DNA from: Thermoanaerobaculia bacterium
GTDB lineage: Bacteria; Acidobacteriota; Thermoanaerobaculia; UBA5066
NCBI GenBank assembly: GCA_038245905.1
Contig: JBBRRY010000050.1
Location: forward strand, 1 to 18,055
DNA: 18,055 bases
Direction of reading: 5' to 3'
Part shown: positions 1-6,335 of the stretch, one piece after another
How positions within the stretch are numbered: position 1 is the first letter of the stretch
Layout of the letters: each line of letters begins with the position of its first letter
The notes under the pieces: generated by a model
Told to the model about the DNA's origin: nothing
Seen by the model: the letters and a program-made list of their open reading frames with translations, nothing else
The model's database searches: none
Program-made: the position numbers and the translations under genes

Positions 1-258
1 ACGTCGGCGCGGTTCGAGACGCGAGTCCGCGTCCGGGCGGACGACCCGTTGCTCGCTCGCTCCGCAAGAGCGACGGTGGAAGGCTCCGCTTCGGTGGCGC
101 ACGCCCTCGTCGCACGCGGCTCGGCGGAGCCCCTCGTTCTCGACCTCCGGCAATTCGCGGGGCGCACCGTGACGCTGCGGATCGAAGCCGAAAACGCCCC
201 GGGGGACGCGCCGCTCGTCCTCGACGCTCCACGCGTCGAACTGCACGGTGCGAGATGA
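1..258 (+). CDS. 3' end of a gene truncated by the window edge; hypothetical protein with a beta-rich C-terminal domain
   Basis: Frame 1 is open from base 1 to TGA at 256-258 (TSARFETRVRVRADDPLL...PLVLDLRQFAGRTVTLRIEA...PRVELHGAR). It has protein-like composition and ends 4 nt from the convergent stop at 263. Function cannot be assigned. Confidence 0.7.
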   Translation, partial: TSARFETRVRVRADDPLLARSARATVEGSASVAHALVARGSAEPLVLDLRQFAGRTVTLRIEAENAPGDAPLVLDAPRVELHGAR

Positions 259-262
259 GCGT

Positions 263-1333
263 CTAGCCGAAAAAGCCGGACACGATCTTCTCGATCGCCT
301 CCCGCCAGCGCGGGGCGTTCGTGGAGAGCATCCGCTTCGCGTGCACCTCGGCCTTCGCGGCCGCCGCGAGCCGGGCGCGCAGCGCAGCGTCGCTCACGAT
401 CTCCTCGAGCGCATCCGCCCACGCCTCCTGCTCGTTCGCGGCGAGAAGTCCCGTCTCGCGGTGCCGGATCGTTTCCCGGTACGGGCCGACGTCGCTGAAA
501 ACGCCAGGAATCCCGAGCGCCCCGTAGTCGAGATACTTGAGGTCCGACTTGCCGCGCGTGAACGCGTCGTCCTCGAGCGGCGCGATCGCGGCGTCCCAGC
601 GCAGCTGCTGTCGCATCCACGGCACGAACCTCGGATACGGATCCTCGTTTCCCGGTTCGCGCATCCGAAAGGGCAGGCCCTCGAAGAGCGAAGCCATCCT
701 CCGCCCCGCGACTCCGCCCACGAGCTCCAGCCGCACCCGTCCGGCGTGGCGCCTGAGGAGCGCGCGCAGCGGCGCAAGCACCATGCGAAGGTCCGCTTCA
801 TGCGTGAGAGTGCCCATGTAGCCGATCGTGACGGACGAACCCGGCTCGCGGGATTCCGGCACCGAGCCGAAGAGCCGTTCGTCGAGTGCGTTCGGCACGA
901 CGAGTACGCCGCCGCGAAGGCCCAGGAGCCGCTCGGCGAGCGCTTTCGTCGAGACGACCACACCATCGGCCTGCCGCACGAGAAACGCGACGACCCCGCG
1001 AAGCGAATCTCCCGGGTACGTCTCCCACGGCGTGTCGCGGTGGAGATCGAGCAGGTTGTCGTCCAGTTCGTAGACGACGGGCACGCCCTTCTGCCGGCAC
1101 CGGGAAAGCACGCGGACGAACCCGTCCAGCTGCCTCTCGTACGGCCAGAGCGTGTGCCGCTCCACGACGAGGAGGTCGCAGTCGGGAATCGCTTCCGCGG
1201 TTCCGTGCGTCAGCTCGATGTCTTCCGCGAGAGCCGGATGGGACAGCGGGCACAGGAGACGAATGTACGTACAGCTATAGGGAATCTCCGTGCCGTAGAA
1301 CCCGTGAAGGACGTGGACCCTACGCTTCGCCAA
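263..1333 (-). CDS. Glycosyltransferase, GT-B fold (GT4-like), about 356 aa
   Basis: Motifs VVYELDDNL, ADGVVVST, IGYMGTLTH, IAPLEDDAFTRGKSDLKYLDYGALGIPGVFSD. Start moved to TTG at 1333 (GAGGT just upstream, 14-nt overlap with the end of the upstream gene). The ORF-track extension to 1759 is Arg/Ser-rich shadow sequence. Confidence 0.9.
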   Translation of the reverse strand: MAKRRVHVLHGFYGTEIPYSCTYIRLLCPLSHPALAEDIELTHGTAEAIPDCDLLVVERHTLWPYERQLDGFVRVLSRCRQKGVPVVYELDDNLLDLHRDTPWETYPGDSLRGVVAFLVRQADGVVVSTKALAERLLGLRGGVLVVPNALDERLFGSVPESREPGSSVTIGYMGTLTHEADLRMVLAPLRALLRRHAGRVRLELVGGVAGRRMASLFEGLPFRMREPGNEDPYPRFVPWMRQQLRWDAAIAPLEDDAFTRGKSDLKYLDYGALGIPGVFSDVGPYRETIRHRETGLLAANEQEAWADALEEIVSDAALRARLAAAAKAEVHAKRMLSTNAPRWREAIEKIVSGFFG

Positions 1334-3356
1334 ACAGGACCTCGAGGATGCCCGCGGCCGCGCGGTCGGGCGTATGGAGGCCGGCGTCGACGATCGCCTG
1401 TGCGGCGAGGCGCCCGAGAAGCGGCGCGTCCGTCGCGAGGCGCTCGAGGCACGCGACACATGCTTCCCGAGACGAGGTGTCGACGGCGAGCGCGTTGACC
1501 TCGTGCCGGGCGAACGTGTCCGCGCCGCCCGCCTTCGGGACGACGACGGCCGCCCCGGATGCCATGGCCTCCAGCGACGCGACGCCGAGCGCCTGATACG
1601 TCGAGAGATCCGCGAAGACGTGCACCTGCGAAAGGAGCGTCGAGAGCTGCCGGTCGTCGAGGACGCCGGCGAAGCGGTGCGGAAAGTCGAGTCGGAACGG
1701 GCGCATCGCGGGATCCGGCTTCTCCGCGCCGAAGAGGACGATCTCAACTCCGTCGCCAAGCTTCCCGGCGAGAGCCCGCATCACGTCTACGGTGAGACCC
1801 GGCTGCCTCCGCGGCGTCGAGGGACGCACCATCGCGGCGATCCGGACGGGGCTCGCCGGCGGCTCCGGCAACCGGGGGCGGAAGACCTCCGCGTCGAAGC
1901 TCGCACTCACGAGCGCGCAGTCGAGTCCCGTCCGGTCGATCACCTCGTCCGCGTTCCACTTCGACTTCGAAAATCGCTTCATGCCCGGCACGAGGCCGTA
2001 CGAGGCGAACGCGCGCTTCCAGTCCTCCGAGCCCTCCGCGTAAAAAAGCGGCTCGTAGTCCTGGATGCAGTAGCCGAGAACGGGCGGCCGCGAGAGCTTC
2101 GCGAGCGGCACCATCCACGGGATGGAGTAGTGAGCCGTCCCGATCACGGCGTCGAACCCCTCCGCGGCCTCGACGAGATCGGACTCGCGGCCATAGATGA
2201 TCGGTACGCCGGGCGCGGGATAGCTCTTCTCGAAGACAGAGCGGTGCGCGGCGAGGTTGAAGACACGCGCCTCGACGCCCATCCGGGCCATCGCCCGCGC
2301 CTCCGAGAGCACGACGTTCGAACCTCCACCACGCTCGAGGACGGGCAGGGCGTAGAGGACGCGCTTCCCTTCCCATCGCCGCCGGGCGTCTTCTCTGAGT
2401 CTGATCCGCTCGGGCAGAATCGAGAGACGAGCCGCGATGCCGGAGACCACGCGGTTGGGCGCGCCTCCGTCCGCCACGGCAGCCCCCGCGACCCACGCGT
2501 CGTCCGCGAGAATCACGCGCTTCCGTCCGGCCCGAAGTACGGCGAGGAGCTCCCGGGGCGAACGCTCCGCGCCGTCGGGCAGCGCGTCTCGCCTGACGAG
2601 GACTGTGCAGCCTCCGCCCTCCTCGAGAGGCGGAAAGAGACGGGCCGACTCGGCGGCGAAAAGAGTCGCGGGGTCTGCCTCGAAGCCCGCTCCGCGCCCG
2701 CCGAACAGCGCGCGGGCGGCGCGTTCGACGACCCGGCCCGCGCCCGGAATGTCCGCCGCGAGGGGAACGGCGGCCACCGCCTCTCCGTCCGCGGCGAGGC
2801 AGGCGATCAGCCGGTCGAGAACGTCCGCCGCGACACGCACGCGCCCGTCGACGAGGAGAACGTGGCGGGACGCGCCCGCGTCGAGCGCCTTCTTGAAGGC
2901 GCCGCCGCCGTCCACGAGAGTGGCTCCCTGATCCTGCGCGAAAACTTCCAGCCAGCTAGGCGCCTCGGACTCGATGCCCGGATCGGCAAGGAAGAGCGTG
3001 TACGGCGGGCGCGCGTGCCTGAGGAGAGCCCCGAGACACTCCTTGAGAACGGGCAGGTCTTCGTGCGCGAGAACGACGATGTCCACGGCGGCTGCCCCGC
3101 GTTCGAGCGCGGGGCCTCGGAAGCGAACGGGCTCGAAGCCTGGAACGTGAACGAGCCCGGGATCCGCCGCCGGAAGGGCGACCCCCTCGCTCGATGACGC
3201 ACCGCCGGCGACTCCGCCCTTCAGCCTCCACCACGCATTGCGCAGCTTCCAGAAGAAGCTCATCTCCATCGCGGCGATGCGCGAGCGCGCCTCGGAAAGC
3301 TCGGCGCGCGCCTTCTCCAGCTCCTCGCGGAGCGCTTCGAACGAATCCTGGCTCAA
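1320..3356 (-). CDS. Multidomain glycosyltransferase: N-terminal coiled-coil/Trp helix, degenerate GT2 domain and WsaF-like GT4 domain (678 aa)
   Basis: GT4 part: VLYALPVLERGGGSNV, IGTAHYS, YCIQDYEPLF, YQALGVASLEAMASGAAVV. GT2-like part: VDIVVLAHEDLPVLKECLGALLRH. N-terminus: EALREELEKARAELSEARSRIAAMEMSFFWKLRNAWWRLK. TTG start. Confidence 0.9.
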   Translation of the reverse strand: MSQDSFEALREELEKARAELSEARSRIAAMEMSFFWKLRNAWWRLKGGVAGGASSSEGVALPAADPGLVHVPGFEPVRFRGPALERGAAAVDIVVLAHEDLPVLKECLGALLRHARPPYTLFLADPGIESEAPSWLEVFAQDQGATLVDGGGAFKKALDAGASRHVLLVDGRVRVAADVLDRLIACLAADGEAVAAVPLAADIPGAGRVVERAARALFGGRGAGFEADPATLFAAESARLFPPLEEGGGCTVLVRRDALPDGAERSPRELLAVLRAGRKRVILADDAWVAGAAVADGGAPNRVVSGIAARLSILPERIRLREDARRRWEGKRVLYALPVLERGGGSNVVLSEARAMARMGVEARVFNLAAHRSVFEKSYPAPGVPIIYGRESDLVEAAEGFDAVIGTAHYSIPWMVPLAKLSRPPVLGYCIQDYEPLFYAEGSEDWKRAFASYGLVPGMKRFSKSKWNADEVIDRTGLDCALVSASFDAEVFRPRLPEPPASPVRIAAMVRPSTPRRQPGLTVDVMRALAGKLGDGVEIVLFGAEKPDPAMRPFRLDFPHRFAGVLDDRQLSTLLSQVHVFADLSTYQALGVASLEAMASGAAVVVPKAGGADTFARHEVNALAVDTSSREACVACLERLATDAPLLGRLAAQAIVDAGLHTPDRAAAGILEVLFGEA

Positions 3357-3363
3357 GTCTGGA

Positions 3364-3369
3364 ATTGTA
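3364..3369 (-). promoter_or_regulatory. Putative sigma-70 -10 box (TACAAT), leaderless configuration
   Basis: The minus strand reads TACAAT-tccagac-TTG (7-nt spacer) in a 16-nt intergenic gap with no Shine-Dalgarno sequence. Confidence 0.6.
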
Positions 3370-3372
3370 CGG

Positions 3373-4908
3373 TCAGCGCGTGCGCACGAGAACGTACGGC
3401 CCGCAGCGGGCGACGAAGGGCGGGCGCGTGACGTCTGCGCCCGCGGGTACTTCCTCGATCCCTGCGAGCATGATCTCCGCCTCGCCCGGCAGGACGACGG
3501 GGCGCAGGAGTTCGTTCGCGAGCCGCTGGACGCTGGACCAGTAGTCCGGCGGCCATCCGCGGGGCGTGCGGAGGCCGAGCGGCCGGCCCGGCGGCAGCAG
3601 GAGATCCACCTCGGTCTTCAGCACGGCGAGACAGGTGTACCCCTGTTCCGTCAGGGGGCACGAAACGTCCACGCGGCGGGAATCCAATAGTCCCTGCGAC
3701 AAGGATGCGAACACGCTCCCTTCGGGACGCACGATGTGCGCTCCGTCGAAATGCAGTACGGACCTCCCTGCCGGCGTGAACGACAGCCCCACCTGGAGAA
3801 AGTGTACGGGGGTAAGGGCGAGGAACTCTATTCCGTAGCCCGGATAGGGGATCTGATTCCAGAGGAGAGCCGAGGCGACAAAGCCGGCAGACGCCACGGC
3901 CGCACCCGCGCCGTTCCGCGCAAAGTCACGCAGGCGCTCGAGGCCTTCGGCCAGAAAGCACGAGAGAAACGGAAGGGAATACAGAAGGAAGCGCTTGTCC
4001 GCCCAGTCATAAACGAAGCACCAGAAGAATGTCAGTGCGATCAGCGGCCCGAGGACGGCCGCGCGCCAGCGTCGCGTCGTCGAAGGGGACCCCGCGAACC
4101 GGAGAGCGCCCAGGACGTAGAGAACGAGGGGAACGAGGCCCACGAGTGCCGCGGCGGCGTAGAAGTAGGCTGGAGCGTTCGCAAGAGAAGGCCGGAGGAG
4201 GGCCTCGACGCCGTGGCGCGGCCCGCCCGGGTGGGCACGATAGAACGACCAGCGGAACGCGAGCCAGCCTCCCGCCACGAGGACGAACGCGATCAGTCCG
4301 ACCCAGAGCTCCCTTCGGCGCAGATCTCCCCGCGACACCGCAAGGAGGGCTACACCGAACCCGATTGACGCCGGCACCGCCGCATACGAGAAGAGGAACC
4401 CGGCCCCGAGGCAGAGGCCGAATGCAATCCAGGCTCGCGGCACGCGCCCTGCCCGAACGAATGCGAGCGCTGCGAGGACGAGAAACGGCGCGGCGTACGT
4501 CTCGGCCATGACGCCACGCGAGAACTCCTTGACGTAGCCGTTCGCGAAGAAGAACCAGCAGGCGATCGCCGCGATCCACCCGTCATGGCGCTCGCGCAGG
4601 AGGGCGTAGAGCGCCGCCGTCGAGAGCCCGAGGAAGAGGAAGTTGAAGACGGGCAGCAGCGGGAGCGCGCCAAGTTTCCACAGGGCCGCGATCAGGAACG
4701 GAAGCCCCGGCGGCCTGAGGCTCGGCCCAACCGGCACCCCGGCCCAGAAGAGGCCGTTGTTGATCCAGTCATACGAGTCGGCCCCCAGGTACGGATAGCA
4801 CCAGTTGAGGTCCGCGACGATGAGCGAACGGACGACCGGAAGGGTGCCGAGCGTGGCGAAGACCGCGAGAAGCGCGGGCGGGAGCCGCTCCGATCGAAGA
4901 ACGGACAC
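3373..4908 (-). CDS. Polytopic membrane glycosyltransferase, GT-C fold (PMT_2/ArnT-like), 511 aa
   Basis: About 10 or more hydrophobic segments. Acidic loop after TM1 (GADSYDW), RPPGLPFL, MAETYAAPF and DKRFLLYSLPF match the GT-C pattern. Soluble C-terminal tail. Confidence 0.75.
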   Translation of the reverse strand: MSVLRSERLPPALLAVFATLGTLPVVRSLIVADLNWCYPYLGADSYDWINNGLFWAGVPVGPSLRPPGLPFLIAALWKLGALPLLPVFNFLFLGLSTAALYALLRERHDGWIAAIACWFFFANGYVKEFSRGVMAETYAAPFLVLAALAFVRAGRVPRAWIAFGLCLGAGFLFSYAAVPASIGFGVALLAVSRGDLRRRELWVGLIAFVLVAGGWLAFRWSFYRAHPGGPRHGVEALLRPSLANAPAYFYAAAALVGLVPLVLYVLGALRFAGSPSTTRRWRAAVLGPLIALTFFWCFVYDWADKRFLLYSLPFLSCFLAEGLERLRDFARNGAGAAVASAGFVASALLWNQIPYPGYGIEFLALTPVHFLQVGLSFTPAGRSVLHFDGAHIVRPEGSVFASLSQGLLDSRRVDVSCPLTEQGYTCLAVLKTEVDLLLPPGRPLGLRTPRGWPPDYWSSVQRLANELLRPVVLPGEAEIMLAGIEEVPAGADVTRPPFVARCGPYVLVRTR

Positions 4909-4916
4909 GATTCTCG

Positions 4917-4922
4917 AGTCTA
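4917..4922 (-). promoter_or_regulatory. Putative -10 box (TAGACT), leaderless or near-leaderless configuration
   Basis: The minus strand reads TAGACT-cgagaatc-GTG (8-nt spacer) with no convincing Shine-Dalgarno sequence. Confidence 0.5.
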
Positions 4923-4938
4923 GCGGAGCTGTCCGCGT

Positions 4939-5283
4939 CTATGGGTACACGAAGAACGACGGATCGTAGATCAGCGTCCGGTTCCCTGGGTCGCTGTGGT
5001 ACTCCTTCGTCTGTCCGTTCGTCACGTCCGTGACGGCCACCCAGAACTCGACGTCCGTGAACGTCAGGATCGAGATCCAGGCCCGGCCGTTGTTCGTCGC
5101 GGTGCTGATTCGGACCACGAACTCGTACGTGTTCGCGTCCGCAATCCAGAACGCGCCCGTCACGTCCGTGAGCTTCGCCTTCGAGAGGTTCGCCTGCGCG
5201 CCGCCCGCGTACTGGTTCTTCCAGCGCCCCGTCGCGCGGTAACGGCCACCCACGAGGCACATCGTGTTGGCGTCTTCCACGCA
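4939..5283 (-). repeat. Copy 1 of a 345-bp diverged direct repeat encoding the shared C-terminal domain
   Basis: Aligns without gaps to 5991-6335 (offset 1052). By hand count 85 of 114 amino acids are identical, and 5121-5224 vs 6173-6276 shows about 8 mismatches in 104 nt. Confidence 0.95.
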
Positions 5284-5952
5284 GGAGGACGGCGGGTTGA
5301 TGACGGAGCACGCGGACCCGGTGCAGGACACCTTCTTGTCCATGAGGATGAAGTCCGTGTAGAGATAGGTGCCCGACACGTTCTCGCGGAGGTAGAGAAT
5401 CATCCAGTACTGGCCCGCCGGGATCGAGCTTCCGAAGAACGACACGGTGCCTGAATCGACCGGCGCGTACTGATACCCGGACTGCAGGGCCGAGAACGTC
5501 AGGGAGCTCGAGAACGAGTACGACGAGATACTCTGGCCGAAAACGGGCACTGTGCTCGTGAGCGCGACCTTGAGGTCGAGCGGGCTGCTGAAGCCCGAGA
5601 TGCGGTTGTTCGCGATGCTGGCCACGTGGAACGACCCGGAATTTCCGGTCCACGTGATGGAGGCCGGCGTTCCGAGGCAGATCGTGCAGCCGGCCTGGTC
5701 GAGGGCGGCACGGCCCGGCTTCGCCGCTCCGCCCGGCGGCAGATCAGTGTTCAGTCTTCCGGGCACGCCAGGCACGACGGTCCCCCGGCTGTCCGGCGCG
5801 ACGCGCAGGGCGCCCGCTTCCGCTGCGGGCTTCCCGATTCCGTGCGTCGTTTCTTGCACGCCTTCCGCGCGCGAGGGTTCCGCGAGCCCGGCCGTCAGGC
5901 ACAAGGCCAGGGCGGCGAGCCCCCACGAGGAAACGGCTTGAAGTTGCTTCAC
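4939..5952 (-). CDS. Secreted protein of unknown function (about 337 aa): signal peptide, Pro/Gly linker, beta-sandwich-like domain and shared 114-aa C-terminal domain
   Basis: GTG at 5952 lies 8 nt after AAAGGA and gives the Sec signal MKQLQAVSSWGLAALALCLTAGLAEPSRA. An alternative ATG at 5994 overlaps the upstream stop (ATGA). Cys pairs CTIC, CTGSAC and CVEDANTMC. Confidence 0.85.
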   Translation of the reverse strand: MKQLQAVSSWGLAALALCLTAGLAEPSRAEGVQETTHGIGKPAAEAGALRVAPDSRGTVVPGVPGRLNTDLPPGGAAKPGRAALDQAGCTICLGTPASITWTGNSGSFHVASIANNRISGFSSPLDLKVALTSTVPVFGQSISSYSFSSSLTFSALQSGYQYAPVDSGTVSFFGSSIPAGQYWMILYLRENVSGTYLYTDFILMDKKVSCTGSACSVINPPSSCVEDANTMCLVGGRYRATGRWKNQYAGGAQANLSKAKLTDVTGAFWIADANTYEFVVRISTATNNGRAWISILTFTDVEFWVAVTDVTNGQTKEYHSDPGNRTLIYDPSFFVYP

Positions 5953-5990
5953 GACGGATGTCCTTTCGGAAAAGCGCACATCGGACCCGT

Positions 5991-6335
5991 TCATGGGTAC
6001 ACGAAGGTGGTCGGGTCGTAGAGGAGCGTCCGGTTGCCGGCGCCGCTGTGGTATTCGTTCGTCTGTCCCGTCTGGGTGTCCGTGACGCCGATCCAGAACT
6101 CCACGTCCGTGAACGTCGGAATCGCGATCCAGACCCGGCCGTTGTTCGTCGCCGTGTTGAAGCGGATGAGGTACTCGTACGTGCTCGCGTCCGCAATCCA
6201 GAACGCTCCCGTGACGTCGGTCAGCTTCGCCTTCGAGAGCGTCGCCTCCGCGCCGCCCGCGTACTGGTTCTTCCAGTGGCTCGTCACCTTGTAGCGGCCG
6301 CCGACGAGACACATCGTCGCGGCGTCCGGCGTGCA
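5991..6335 (-). repeat. Copy 2 of the 345-bp diverged direct repeat (shared C-terminal domain)
   Basis: Encodes CTPDAATMCLVGGRY...WKNQYAGG...LSKAKLTDVTGAFWIADA...TFTDVEFW...GNRTLLYDPTTFVYP*, preceded by a SAGGGGPGV linker. Confidence 0.95.

Noticed and set aside
1374-3197. Long antisense or alternate-frame ORFs (248-1498, 1374-3197, 7884-8849, 8908-10434, 13972-15336, 15428-17227 and others)
   Set aside because: They are Arg/Ala/Pro-rich, carry no motifs and overlap well-supported genes. Such shadows are expected in high-GC DNA where stop codons are scarce.
4939-6335. Diversity-generating retroelement template/variable repeat pair, or autotransporter barrel
   Set aside because: Mismatches are not adenine-specific and many are synonymous, and no reverse transcriptase is present. 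At 114 aa ending in Pro, the domain is too short for an autotransporter beta-barrel.
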